A DNA stretch of 64,000 bases from Streptosporangiaceae bacterium. Its GTDB lineage: Bacteria > Actinomycetota > Actinomycetes > Streptosporangiales > Streptosporangiaceae. Shown in pieces: positions 1 to 9,149 of this stretch (within the stretch, counting starts at the first letter, position 1; every line of letters starts with the position of its first letter). The stretch covers positions 69-64,068 of the forward strand of contig DATKRG010000203.1 of the NCBI GenBank assembly GCA_035532275.1, read 5' to 3'. The notes beneath the pieces were generated by a model. The model had not been told where the DNA came from, searched no databases, and was given only the letters and a program-made list of their open reading frames with translations. Made by a program: the position numbers and the translations under genes.

Positions 1-935
1 GCGGGCGCGTCGGGCGTCGCCAGGCGCTCGAGCAGGAGAGCGGCGACCGACCTTGCCATCTCCGTGAGGTCGACCCGCACGGTGGTCAGGTCGAACACCT
101 CCCAGGCTGCCATGGGGATGTCGTCAAACCCGACGACCGTGAGTCTCTCCGGGATGTCGATGCCCAGCGACGCCGCCGCATTGAGGGCTCCGAAGGCGAT
201 CACGTCGTTGCCGCAGAAGACCGCCGTCGGCGGGGTCTCCGTCGACATGAGGCGGATGAGGCCGCGGCGGCCGGTGTCGGGGTCGAACGGGCCCCGGATC
301 ATCCGTGCGGGCGGGAGATCGATTCCGCGGTGCGCCAGGGCATCACGGAACCCCTCGGCCCGTTCCCGTCCGGTGCTCGTCGACTCCGGGCCGAGGATCG
401 CCGCAACGGCGCGGTGGCCCAGGTCCGCCAGCAGCTCGGCGACCGCGGTCGCCCCGCCCCGGTTGCCGGCGACGCACCTGTCGGCCGTGACCCCATCGAC
501 GGTGCGGTTGACCATCACGAACGGGACTCCGCGGGCCGTCAGCTCACCGGGCAGCGAGCTGGTCCGCTCCGACGTGGTCAGGACAACCCCGTCCAGCGAA
601 CCGTCCAGCAGCGGGTCGAGCTCGACCGCCCGGTCGCCTCGGTCCGTGAACAGCACCGTCCGGTACCCGCGGCCCGCCAGGGCATCGTGCAGCGGCCCGA
701 GCAGCGCCGGGTAGAACGGGTTGCTCAGCTCGGCGCTGATTACGCCGATTTTGCGAGAGCGCTGCGTGGACAGCGCCCGCCCGGCCTGACTCGGCACGTA
801 CCCCAGGCTGCGGGCCGCCTCGCGAACCCGCCCCCGGGTCGCGGCCGAGACTCCCTTCTGGTCGCGCAGCGCGCGCGACACCGTCGGCTGCGAGACTCCG
901 GCGAGCCGCGCGACGTCATGACTGGTCACTGCCAC
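1..935 (-). CDS. LacI family transcriptional regulator (partial, C-terminus beyond left edge)
   Basis: Not in the ORF track because it has no stop in the window. Hand reverse-translation from GTG at 933-935 gives VAVTSHDVARLAGVSQPTVSRALRDQKGVSAATRGRVREAARSLGYVPSQAGRAL (LacI-type HTH). A sugar-binding-fold region follows (...VFCGNDVIAFGALNAAASLGIDIPERLTVVGFDD...). Divergent from the 1037-7793 operon. Confidence 0.85.
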   Translation of the reverse strand, partial: MAVTSHDVARLAGVSQPTVSRALRDQKGVSAATRGRVREAARSLGYVPSQAGRALSTQRSRKIGVISAELSNPFYPALLGPLHDALAGRGYRTVLFTDRGDRAVELDPLLDGSLDGVVLTTSERTSSLPGELTARGVPFVMVNRTVDGVTADRCVAGNRGGATAVAELLADLGHRAVAAILGPESTSTGRERAEGFRDALAHRGIDLPPARMIRGPFDPDTGRRGLIRLMSTETPPTAVFCGNDVIAFGALNAAASLGIDIPERLTVVGFDDIPMAAWEVFDLTTVRVDLTEMARSVAALLLERLATPDAP

Positions 936-973
936 ATCGACCTCACTTGATGCGTTACGGCGAGATCATGCCG

Positions 974-1002
974 TTGACACGCATACGTATGCAATCTAGG
1001 TT
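974..1002 (+). promoter_or_regulatory. Putative promoter TTGACA-N17-TAGGTT with a 12-bp perfect palindrome GCATACGTATGC (981-992) in the spacer; candidate LacI operator
   Basis: TTGACA at 974-979, TAGGTT at 997-1002, exactly 17 nt apart. The palindrome was verified by hand. It lies between the divergent LacI gene (start 935) and the HisD-like gene (ATG 1037, preceded by AGGGGG). Confidence 0.45.
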
Positions 1003-1036
1003 ACTGGCAGGGCTGAGGACTCACCAGGGGGTTCGC

Positions 1037-2380
1037 ATGCCGGTGTACGTGAAGCAGGGTCGAGCAGATCGCGGCTCGGGCGCACCGGATCCTGTGGTGC
1101 GCGACACGGTCGCCAGGGTGATCGACGACATCCGGTCGCGTGGCGACGCAGCCGTCCGCGAGTACTCCTCGACGTTCGACGGCTGGAGTCCGGACAGTTT
1201 CCGGCTCGGCCCTGACGCGATCGCCGGCATTGTCGCCACGGTGCCCGGCGAGGTGCTCGATGACATCCGGACCGTGCAGGAGAACGTCCGGGTGTTCGCC
1301 CGACACCAGCGTGACTCGCTGCGCGACTTCGAGGTCGAGATGGCACCGGGGGTCTGGCTGGGGCAGCGCAGCCTGCCGGTCGTCGCGTCGGGTGCCTACG
1401 TGCCAGGTGGTCGCTACCCGCTGGTCGCCTCCGCCCACATGACCGTGGTGACGGCAAAGGTGGCGGGCGTCGAACGGGTCGCCGCATGCACCCCGCCGAT
1501 CCGCGGCGAGGTGCCCGCCGCGACGGTTGCCGCCATGTACCTGGCGGGTGCCGACGAGATCTACCTGCTCGGCGGGGTGCAGGCCGTCGCGGCGATGGCG
1601 ATCGGGACCGAGACCATCGACCCGGTCGATGTCCTCGCCGGGCCCGGCAACGCCTACGTGGCAGAGGCCAAACGGCAGCTGTACGGGGAGGTCGGGATCG
1701 ACCTGCTCGCCGGGCCGACCGAGATCCTCGTCATCGCCGACGACCGCGCCGACCCGTTCATCGTCGCGGTTGACCTGCTCAGCCAGGCGGAGCACGGTCC
1801 CGACTCGCCCGCCGTGCTCGTGACGACGTCGGAGACGCTCGCCCGCACAGTGATCGATCACATCGAGCGACTGCTACCGGGCATGCCGACGAGGGAGTTC
1901 GCCGAGCAGGCGTGGCGTGACCACGGGGAGGTGGTCGTCGTGCACGATCTCGCCGAGGCGTACGCGGCCGCCGACGAGTACGCGAGCGAGCACGTCGAGG
2001 TTCTCACGCAACGCCCCCGCGAGGCGCTGGACATGATGCGTCACTACGGTGCCCTCTTCCTCGGCGAGGGGACCTGCGTGTCCTACGGCGACAAGGTCAT
2101 CGGCACCAACCATGTGCTCCCGACCCGGCGGACGGCGCGCCACACCGGAGGCCTGTGGGTCGGCAAGTACCTGCGGACCGTGACCTACCAGGAGGTCACC
2201 GACGAGCGGTCGAGTGCCGAGCTCGGCAGGCTCTGCGGGCGGGCAAGTCGGGTCGAGCTGTTCGAGGGGCACGCGCGTTCCGGTGACGCTCGCGTGGCCA
2301 AGTACGGCGGGGGAGCCCTGCCCTGGGCGCCCGGCGGGTCCAGGGAAGCCGAGTCCACCTCCGCCACCGGTGCGCGTTGA
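1037..2380 (+). CDS. Histidinol dehydrogenase family NAD-dependent dehydrogenase (HisD-like, probably catabolic)
   Basis: ORF 947-2380. The start is more likely ATG 1037 (MPVYVKQGR...) with an upstream AGGGGG. HisD-family blocks present: GPGNAYVAEAKRQLYG, LLSQAEHGPDS, GDKVIGTNHVLPT. Confidence 0.85.
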   Translation: MPVYVKQGRADRGSGAPDPVVRDTVARVIDDIRSRGDAAVREYSSTFDGWSPDSFRLGPDAIAGIVATVPGEVLDDIRTVQENVRVFARHQRDSLRDFEVEMAPGVWLGQRSLPVVASGAYVPGGRYPLVASAHMTVVTAKVAGVERVAACTPPIRGEVPAATVAAMYLAGADEIYLLGGVQAVAAMAIGTETIDPVDVLAGPGNAYVAEAKRQLYGEVGIDLLAGPTEILVIADDRADPFIVAVDLLSQAEHGPDSPAVLVTTSETLARTVIDHIERLLPGMPTREFAEQAWRDHGEVVVVHDLAEAYAAADEYASEHVEVLTQRPREALDMMRHYGALFLGEGTCVSYGDKVIGTNHVLPTRRTARHTGGLWVGKYLRTVTYQEVTDERSSAELGRLCGRASRVELFEGHARSGDARVAKYGGGALPWAPGGSREAESTSATGAR

Positions 2381-2447
2381 GCCCGACGCGGGCGCCCACC
2401 ACAGCCCTGCTCCGCGAGAAGGAGGCCGACGTGCCGAGGAAGCCACT

Positions 2448-3323
2448 GTGAAGCCGCCACCGTTCCGCTACGCCGCCCCGACGAGCGTCGAGGAGGTGCT
2501 CGGCCTGCTCGCCGCGAACGCGGACGACGACCCGCGTGTGCTCGCCGGCGGGCAGAGCCTCGTTCCGCTGATGAACTTCCGTCTCGCCCAGCCCGGGTTC
2601 CTGGTCGACCTGCGGCTGGTCGAGGCACTGACAACGCTTCGCGCGGACGGCGACGTGCTCGTAATCGGCGCGATGGTCCGCCAGTCCGCCGCGGAGCGCT
2701 CGCCGGAAGTGGCGCTCGCGGCGCCGCTGCTGGCTGAGGCACTCGGCTACGTCGCCCACCCGCCGATCCGGAACAGCGGTACCGTCGGCGGCAGCCTGGC
2801 CCACGCCGACCCTTCTGCTGAACTGCCCGCTGTCGCGCTCGCCCTGGACGCCCAGCTTGTCGCGGCCGGTCCCGGCGGGACTCGTGCCATCCCCGCCGCC
2901 GAGTTCTTCCGCGGACCGTTCACCACCGCGTTGGAGCCGGGTGAGATCCTCACCGAGGTGCGCGTCCCGCGCTGGGAGGGCGCGGGCGGGCACGCGTTCG
3001 TCGAGTTCGCCCGGACGCATGGCAACTTCGCGCTGGTGGGGGTGGCGGCCATGATCGAGCTGGATGAGGACATCGTTACCAGGGCGTCCATCGCGCTGAG
3101 CGGGGTGGCGTCGACGCCCGTGCGCGCGGTCGCGGCCGAGCGCACGCTCGCCGGGACGTCCGCGGACGCCGCAACGATCGAGGCCGCTGTGAACGCGGCC
3201 GCCGACGAGCTGTCCCCCGCCGGGGACTTGCACGGCAGCACCGAGACCCGTACCGACATCGCGCGCAGCTACTTGCGCCGAGGCATCAAGCTGGCGCTCT
3301 CCCGCGCCCAGGACCGGAGGTGA
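2448..3323 (+). CDS. Molybdenum hydroxylase FAD-binding (medium, CoxM/XdhB-like) subunit
   Basis: Part of ORF 2214-3323. GTG 2448 is preceded by GAGGAAG. VKPPPFRYAAPTSVEEVLGLL...AGGQSLVPLMNFRLA...IRNSGTVGGSLAHADP is typical of the FAD-binding 5 family. About 291 aa, as expected for the family. Confidence 0.85.
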   Translation: MKPPPFRYAAPTSVEEVLGLLAANADDDPRVLAGGQSLVPLMNFRLAQPGFLVDLRLVEALTTLRADGDVLVIGAMVRQSAAERSPEVALAAPLLAEALGYVAHPPIRNSGTVGGSLAHADPSAELPAVALALDAQLVAAGPGGTRAIPAAEFFRGPFTTALEPGEILTEVRVPRWEGAGGHAFVEFARTHGNFALVGVAAMIELDEDIVTRASIALSGVASTPVRAVAAERTLAGTSADAATIEAAVNAAADELSPAGDLHGSTETRTDIARSYLRRGIKLALSRAQDRR

Positions 3324-3850
3324 GCGGGGTGGACAAGCGCGACATCACGTTGATCGTGAACGGAAGCCCGTCGATGGTGTCGGTCGAGCCGCGCAAGCTG
3401 CTCGTCGACGTCCTGCGCGAGGACCTGGGCCTCACGGGCACCCACATCGGCTGCGAGCACGGCGTCTGCGGCACCTGCACAGTGCTGCTCAACGACCGGA
3501 GCGTCCGCTCCTGCATCACGTTCGCGGTGCAGGCCGACGGGGCAAGGATCCGCACCGTCGAGGGCCTGGCCAACGGGGCCGACCTGCACCCGCTGCAGGA
3601 CGAGTTCTGGGACAAGCAGGGCTTGCAGTGTGGCTACTGCACGCCCGGGATGCTCATGCGGGCCTGCGAGATTATCGAGCAGAACCCCGATCCGTCGCCC
3701 GAGCAGGTGCGGGAAGGCATCGCGAGCAACCTGTGCCGTTGTACCGGCTACCAGTTCATCGTCGAGGCCGTGTGTGCCGCCGCCAGCCGGATGCGCGGTG
3801 ATGAGCAACGCCCGCACCAGGCGACGACGCCGACGGAGGCGAAGGCATGA
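3320..3850 (+). CDS. Molybdenum hydroxylase (2Fe-2S)-binding small subunit
   Basis: CEHGVCGTCTVLLN and CGYCTPGMLM...CRCTGY cysteine clusters. GTGA overlap with the upstream stop, ATGA overlap with the downstream start. Confidence 0.9.
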   Translation: MSGVDKRDITLIVNGSPSMVSVEPRKLLVDVLREDLGLTGTHIGCEHGVCGTCTVLLNDRSVRSCITFAVQADGARIRTVEGLANGADLHPLQDEFWDKQGLQCGYCTPGMLMRACEIIEQNPDPSPEQVREGIASNLCRCTGYQFIVEAVCAAASRMRGDEQRPHQATTPTEAKA

Positions 3851-6294
3851 CCACCGTCAGCCGACCGGAGCCGCCGCCGGCCCGCACCCACAAGGAAGTC
3901 CGAAAGTGGATCGGCAAGTCCATCCGCCGCGTCGAGGACCCGAAGTTCCTGCGCGGGCGCGGCGGCTACATCGGCGACATGACCCTGCCGGGCATGCTGC
4001 ACGCCGCCATGCTGTCCAGCCCGTACGCCCACGCCCGGATCACCGGCATCGACACCGCCGAGGCCCTCGCCGCGCCCGGGGTGCACGCGGTGATCACCGG
4101 GGCGCAAGCCGCGGAGCTCACCGGCCCGCTTCCGGACTTCGGGCCGAACCCGGCCGCCCACACCTGGCGCTGCCTGGCCGTGGAAAAGGTGCGCTACGTG
4201 GGCGAGGGCGTCGCGGTGGTCGTCGCCGACAGCCGGTACCTCGCCGAAGACGCCCTCGCGCTCATCAACGTGGACTACGAGCCGCTGCCGCCGGTTACCG
4301 ACATGGAGCGCGCGCTGGAGGAGGGCGCGCCGCTCGTGCACGAGGATCTCGGATCCAACTGTGCCTACGAGCGCACCTTCCAGTTCGGCGAGGTCGAGCG
4401 CGACTTCGCCGACGCCGACGTCGTAATCTCGGACCGCCTGCGCTGGCGGCGTTCGGGTGGCCAGCCACTGGAGACCGTCGGGGCGCTGGCCGACTTCGAC
4501 CTCGCCACCGGCCAGCTGACGGTGCACACCAACTCGCTGAGCTTCACCAGCTATTTGTTCATGGTGGCCGGGACATTGAAGATCCCGGCCAACAAACTCG
4601 ACATCCGCCCGATGCCCGCGGGCGGGAGCTTCGGCTCGAAGCTGTTCGCCACCAAGCCGGCCGTTATCGCGGGGATGTGCTCGCGCGCGGCCGGGCGGCC
4701 GGTGATGTATCTCGAGGATCGCGTCGACAACATTTCCAACTGCGACCACCACGGCTCCGACCGCGTTTACGACGTCCAGCTCGCCCTGATGCGTGATGGG
4801 ACCATGCGCGGGATCAAGATCGACACCGTGGATGACTACGGCGCTTACATCCAGTTCGGCGTCGGCCATCACGGCAACGCGCTGGCCCAGGTCGTGGGGC
4901 CGTACCGGATCGCGAGCGTCGAATACCGGGTGCGCGCGGCGCTGACCAACAAGAACCAGCAGGGCGCCTACCGGGGCTTCGGCTCCGAGGTGAACAACTG
5001 GATGCTGGAGCAGATGGTGGACAAGGCGGCCCGGCAGCTCGGCATCGACCCGGTGGAGATCCGGCGGCGCAACTTCATCCGCGAGTTCCCGTACTTCATC
5101 CCGACCGGAAACGTCTACGACTCCGGCGACTACGACGGTGTGCTGGACAAAGCCCTGAAGCTCGCTGACTACGATTACTGGCGCGCCGAGCAGGCGAAAG
5201 CGCGGGAGGAGGGTCGCTACATCGGGATCGGGCTGATCACCGCGCAGGAGCGGTCGGTCTTCTCGGCCACCGAGTTCTGGTTCTGGTTCGACAAGCCGGG
5301 CGCGCCGGTCACGTCGATGCCGGAGAGCGTGACGCTCAAGGTCGACGCCACGGGCGGCATCACCGCCACGCTGTATTCCTGCGCGTTCTGGGGCAACTCG
5401 CCCGAGACGATGGTGGCGCAGCTGGTGGCCGAGGAGTTCGACTGCGATCCGCGCGACGTCTCGATCGTCTACCAGGGCAGCAAGAACGGGCTCCCGGCCA
5501 CGGGCCCGGGCGGCTCGCGGACCACGGTGATGCTGGCCGGCGCCGTGGAGGGCGCCTCGGCGAAGATCAAGGCCAAGGCGCGGCGGGCGACCGCGCACCT
5601 GCTGGAGGCCAGCCCCGACGATCTCGAGTGGGTCGATGGTGGCTACCAGGTCAAGGGCTCACCCGAGGCTCGCAAGACCCTCGCCGAGATCGCGGTCATG
5701 CTGCACCTGTTCAAGCACAGCTTCCCCGAGGACATGGAGTCCGGGCTCGAGGACAGCAAGGTCTTCGACCACCCGTACACGACGATGCCCTCGGCCGACC
5801 GCAAGGACCTCGGCGTCTTCTACCCGTTCATGGGCCACGCCTGCCACGTGCCGGTGATCGAGGTGGACATCGAGACCGGGCGGGTCTCGTTCTTGTCCTA
5901 CGCCGCCGTGCACGACTGCGGCACGCTGGTGAACCCGCGCTCGCTCGCTGGGCACATCGTGGGCGGCACCGCGCAGGGCATCGGCACGGCGCTCTACGAG
6001 GAGTACGTCTACGACGAGGGCGGGCAGCTGCTCACGTCCAGCTACCTCGACTACCTCATCCCGACGGCGATGGAGGTGCCAGAGCTCAAGTTCGCACACC
6101 ACGAGACGCCTTCGCCCTGGACCCCGCACGGCATCAAAGGCGGAGGAGAAGGTGGCCGGATGATGGCCCCGGCCGCGATCAACGTGGCAGTCAACGACGC
6201 GCTCGCCCCGCTTGGCGTCCGGCTGACCGAGCTGCCGTTGACTCCGGACCGGATCCTGGCCGCGATCCGGGCCGCCCGGGAGTCGCCACGATGA
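3847..6294 (+). CDS. Molybdopterin-binding large subunit of a xanthine dehydrogenase/aldehyde oxidase-family hydroxylase
   Basis: 815 aa. N-terminal IGKSIRRVEDPKFLRGRGGYIGD is typical of the family. The active-site loop reads QGAYRGFGSE, not the AYxCSFR loop of form I CO dehydrogenase. Confidence 0.9.
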   Translation: MTTVSRPEPPPARTHKEVRKWIGKSIRRVEDPKFLRGRGGYIGDMTLPGMLHAAMLSSPYAHARITGIDTAEALAAPGVHAVITGAQAAELTGPLPDFGPNPAAHTWRCLAVEKVRYVGEGVAVVVADSRYLAEDALALINVDYEPLPPVTDMERALEEGAPLVHEDLGSNCAYERTFQFGEVERDFADADVVISDRLRWRRSGGQPLETVGALADFDLATGQLTVHTNSLSFTSYLFMVAGTLKIPANKLDIRPMPAGGSFGSKLFATKPAVIAGMCSRAAGRPVMYLEDRVDNISNCDHHGSDRVYDVQLALMRDGTMRGIKIDTVDDYGAYIQFGVGHHGNALAQVVGPYRIASVEYRVRAALTNKNQQGAYRGFGSEVNNWMLEQMVDKAARQLGIDPVEIRRRNFIREFPYFIPTGNVYDSGDYDGVLDKALKLADYDYWRAEQAKAREEGRYIGIGLITAQERSVFSATEFWFWFDKPGAPVTSMPESVTLKVDATGGITATLYSCAFWGNSPETMVAQLVAEEFDCDPRDVSIVYQGSKNGLPATGPGGSRTTVMLAGAVEGASAKIKAKARRATAHLLEASPDDLEWVDGGYQVKGSPEARKTLAEIAVMLHLFKHSFPEDMESGLEDSKVFDHPYTTMPSADRKDLGVFYPFMGHACHVPVIEVDIETGRVSFLSYAAVHDCGTLVNPRSLAGHIVGGTAQGIGTALYEEYVYDEGGQLLTSSYLDYLIPTAMEVPELKFAHHETPSPWTPHGIKGGGEGGRMMAPAAINVAVNDALAPLGVRLTELPLTPDRILAAIRAARESPR

Positions 6295-6325
6295 GGGTGG
6301 CCCGTCGCACGCCGGCAGGTGCGCC

Positions 6326-7096
6326 GTGACTGACAGGGTGGCCGTGGTGACGGGCGGGAACCGTGGAATCGGCCGGGCCATCGCGGTCGCTCTCGCCGCG
6401 GACGGCTTCGCTGTAGCGGTCACGGCCCGCGACACTGACGCGCTGGCCGACACGGTCGCGGCCATCGAGGCTGATGGTGGGACCGCGCTGGCGCTGCCGT
6501 GCGATGTCCGTGACGAGGAGTCCGTCGCCACGATGGCGCGGGAGGCCGCCGGCCTCGGCCGGGTGCACACGGTCGTCGCCAACGCCGGGATCGCCGGTCC
6601 GACCGCGCCGCTACACCAGATACAGCTCGCCGAATGGCGCGACTGCCTGGCCACCGACCTCGACGGCGTCTTCCTCACCTTCCGCGCCTTCGTCCCGGCG
6701 ATGATCGAGTCCGGGGCGGGCTCACTGGTCGCGATCTCGTCGATGACCGGGAAGCGCCCGCTGCACGGCCGCACCCCCTACGCGGCGGCGAAGATGGGCG
6801 TGATCGGCCTGGTCCGCACCCTCGCGGTGGAACTGGGTCCGCATGGGATCCGCGTCAATGCCGTCTGCCCGGGCGCTGTCGCCGGGCACCGGATCGACGA
6901 CGTGATCCGCCGCCAGGCCGCCACGCGTGGCATCACCGAGGACGAGGCCCTCCTGGCGTTCACCGGAGCGTCCCCACTGGCCCGGCTGGTCACGGCGAAC
7001 GAGGTGGCCGCGGCCTGCGCCTACCTCGCCTCCGACGCGGCCGCATCAATCACCGGAGAAGACCTGAACGTCTCCGCTGGCGTCGTCATGTACTAG
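6326..7096 (+). CDS. SDR family oxidoreductase
   Basis: VTGGNRGIGRAIA (TGxxxGxG) and YAAAKMG (YxxxK). Confidence 0.9.
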   Translation: MTDRVAVVTGGNRGIGRAIAVALAADGFAVAVTARDTDALADTVAAIEADGGTALALPCDVRDEESVATMAREAAGLGRVHTVVANAGIAGPTAPLHQIQLAEWRDCLATDLDGVFLTFRAFVPAMIESGAGSLVAISSMTGKRPLHGRTPYAAAKMGVIGLVRTLAVELGPHGIRVNAVCPGAVAGHRIDDVIRRQAATRGITEDEALLAFTGASPLARLVTANEVAAACAYLASDAAASITGEDLNVSAGVVMY

Positions 7097-7106
7097 GAGC
7101 AAAGAG

Positions 7107-7793
7107 ATGCAGCTCATCGACATTTCGCAGGACATCTACGAGGGTATGAAGGTCTATCCCGGCCACTTGAAGACGGTGCAGTTCGACCACGCCACGCACG
7201 AGGAGACCGCGCCCCGGTTCGACAGCGGCTTTTCGTTCCAGACCACCGGGTTCATGCTCAACGACAACGGCCCGACGCACGTCGACTCCTTCTCCCACCT
7301 GGACCCGGACCCATCCGCGGAGACGATCGAGAAGATGTCGCTCGATCTGTTCTACGGCACCGCCGTGTGCCTGGACGTCACCGGCTTCAAGCCCCAGACC
7401 GACATCACGGCAGAGGACCTGGACCGGGTGGAGGCGGGCTCGCCGGTGAAGGTACGGGCCGGAGACATCGTGCTGTTCCACACCGCGACGTGGAACCGGT
7501 ACGCGGGCGACAAGCGCTACCTGTCGGAGTTCCCAGGGCTGGGAGAGTCGGCCAGCGAGTGGATCGTGCAGCGTCAGGTCAAGACGTTCGGGGTCGACAG
7601 CCCGACGCCGGACAACCCCGCGAGCACCAGCTACCCGTGTCACATGATGTGCCGCCGCGAGCACATCACCCACTACGAGAACCTGGCCAACCTCGACAAG
7701 ATCGTGAACACCCGGTTCACGTTCATCGGGTTCCCGCTCAAGCTCCGGGGTGCCCACGGCGGGCCCACACGCGCGGTGGCGCTGGTGGAGTGA
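7107..7793 (+). CDS. Cyclase family protein (kynurenine formamidase-like)
   Basis: 228 aa with GPTHVDSFSHL (HxDxxxH metal motif of the putative cyclase family). Last gene of the co-oriented operon. Confidence 0.8.
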   Translation: MQLIDISQDIYEGMKVYPGHLKTVQFDHATHEETAPRFDSGFSFQTTGFMLNDNGPTHVDSFSHLDPDPSAETIEKMSLDLFYGTAVCLDVTGFKPQTDITAEDLDRVEAGSPVKVRAGDIVLFHTATWNRYAGDKRYLSEFPGLGESASEWIVQRQVKTFGVDSPTPDNPASTSYPCHMMCRREHITHYENLANLDKIVNTRFTFIGFPLKLRGAHGGPTRAVALVE

Positions 7794-8052
7794 GTGGCCA
7801 TACGCTGCGGGCCCCGCCAGTGCACGGGACACTGCTGGTCGATGGTTCGGCCCGAATCGGGGGCGGTGACCGCGCTGGGGTCGGGGACGTTCTTCGCCCG
7901 GCGGGGTTAGCGGCGAACCAGATCTGGCGCGCTCCTGGCCTTCCGCGTATCGCTGGATTGTAGCGGCGCCCGTCGCTTTGCATGATCGGCCCGGCGTTCC
8001 CTGGTTGTTGGTGCGGTCACACGTTCTGCTGGTTTCCTCGGCAGATGGATGG

Positions 8053-8481
8053 TTACGTGCCCTCGGTGTCAGGGCGGGGCTCGATGTCGAGGTATCCGTC
8101 GTAGGCGCGGATCGTTACGAGGAAGTAGTGAAGGAAACCCTCGAGCCCTGCCAGGCCGAAGGGGTGGGGCCATGGGTCGCAGAACCAGACTGGCGCATCC
8201 CAGGAAAACTCATCGGCGCCGTCGGTCACCGTGAGGTTGACGCGGGCTAGCGCGCCGACGGTTTTCAGCCCTCCGACGTAGAGCTCTTCTGTCACAGTGC
8301 CTGTCAGCTCGATCCCGGCGAGGGGGGCGAGTTCCGCGCTCATCCGTGTCCGTAGTGCTCCGGTGTCGAGCAGGCATTCCATTGGCGCATCCGTCAGTCC
8401 CTCCAAGGCGATGCCGACGACGGGCCGCGGTGTCAGCGTGCCACCGCCCGCAGCCGGCAGGGCACGGAACGCGAACCTCAT
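8053..8481 (-). CDS. Retropepsin-like (clan AA) aspartyl protease
   Basis: 142 aa. Catalytic-type motif LLDTGALRT (D39-T-G-A) and a size typical of single-lobe retropepsin-like proteases. The start overlaps the upstream stop in ATGA (8478-8481). Confidence 0.65.
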   Translation of the reverse strand: MRFAFRALPAAGGGTLTPRPVVGIALEGLTDAPMECLLDTGALRTRMSAELAPLAGIELTGTVTEELYVGGLKTVGALARVNLTVTDGADEFSWDAPVWFCDPWPHPFGLAGLEGFLHYFLVTIRAYDGYLDIEPRPDTEGT

Positions 8482-8984
8482 TGCGGGGCCGCGCCGTTGA
8501 TGGCCTGCTCGGAGTCCGGGACGCGGAACATTGACTGCGCGCGCTGGCGGTGCTGGGCCAGCCAGGCCACGACCTCCTTGGGCGAGGGGGCGGCTACGAG
8601 CACCTCATCGTCGCGTACAGCCACCCACAGGCCGATGAAAGGGCGCAGATCCTCGACCAGGGGCTGTGGTCGTGCGGGTGGACCGGCAGCCGCAGGCGGT
8701 GATGGCGCGGTGGCTGTGGCGGCGCCCGGGTGCTGCCGCCTGGGGCCTGCCGATCTGCCGGCGGTGAAGCCAAGGCGGGTCAGGGCGCGACGCGCCTGAT
8801 GAGTTGTGAAATCGGCCCGGTCGAGCCCGGTTACCAGGGCCAGGACCTGCTTGGGTGGCCAGCGCCGTCCATTGATCACTACGAAGTGCTCCTGGATTGG
8901 TTCTGGCAGCGCGCCCTGCAGTGCTTTCTGCACGCGTAGGGCGTCAAGGTCGTACTGGTGGCCCGAGACTGTCATCGTCGGCAT
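8478..8984 (-). CDS. Hypothetical protein: N-terminal ~75-aa putative DNA-binding module, Pro/Ala linker, C-terminal DUF5678-like domain
   Basis: The real start is likely ATG 8984 (MPTMTVSGHQYDL...) within the longer ORF 8478-9638. The C-terminus FIGLWVAVRDDEVLVAAPSPKEVVAWL...MFRVP resembles DUF5678 as I remember it. The N-terminus has ...VINGRRWPPKQVLALVTGLDRADFTTHQARRALTRLGF. Confidence 0.55.
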   Translation of the reverse strand: MPTMTVSGHQYDLDALRVQKALQGALPEPIQEHFVVINGRRWPPKQVLALVTGLDRADFTTHQARRALTRLGFTAGRSAGPRRQHPGAATATAPSPPAAAGPPARPQPLVEDLRPFIGLWVAVRDDEVLVAAPSPKEVVAWLAQHRQRAQSMFRVPDSEQAINGAAPQ

Positions 8985-9149
8985 GGACGTCTCCGATCTG
9001 TAGTCTCCGCAACGTCTTCTCTGACTCGTCTCTACTGTAGGGTACTCGCCGGAGTTCCGCGACAGGCCAGTTCCCAGCCAGCGCTCCGCACTCGCCCTGC
9101 CGCCGGGGAACTCCCAGCAGCGCAGCTCCAGTCCGAACAGCCATCCTCC

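Noticed and set aside
64-950. Plus-strand ORFs 64-714 and 330-950
   Set aside because: They are antisense to the LacI-family regulator that I translated by hand on the minus strand. Both are Ser/Arg/Pro-rich.
3748-5598. 616-aa ORF on the - strand
   Set aside because: It is antisense to the molybdopterin-binding large subunit, which has strong family features. Shadow ORF.
2448-6294. Calling the three-subunit enzyme an aerobic CO dehydrogenase (coxMSL)
   Set aside because: The large subunit has QGAYRGFGSE instead of the form I AYxCSFR active-site loop, and the operon context (HisD-like, SDR, cyclase, LacI) points to an organic substrate.
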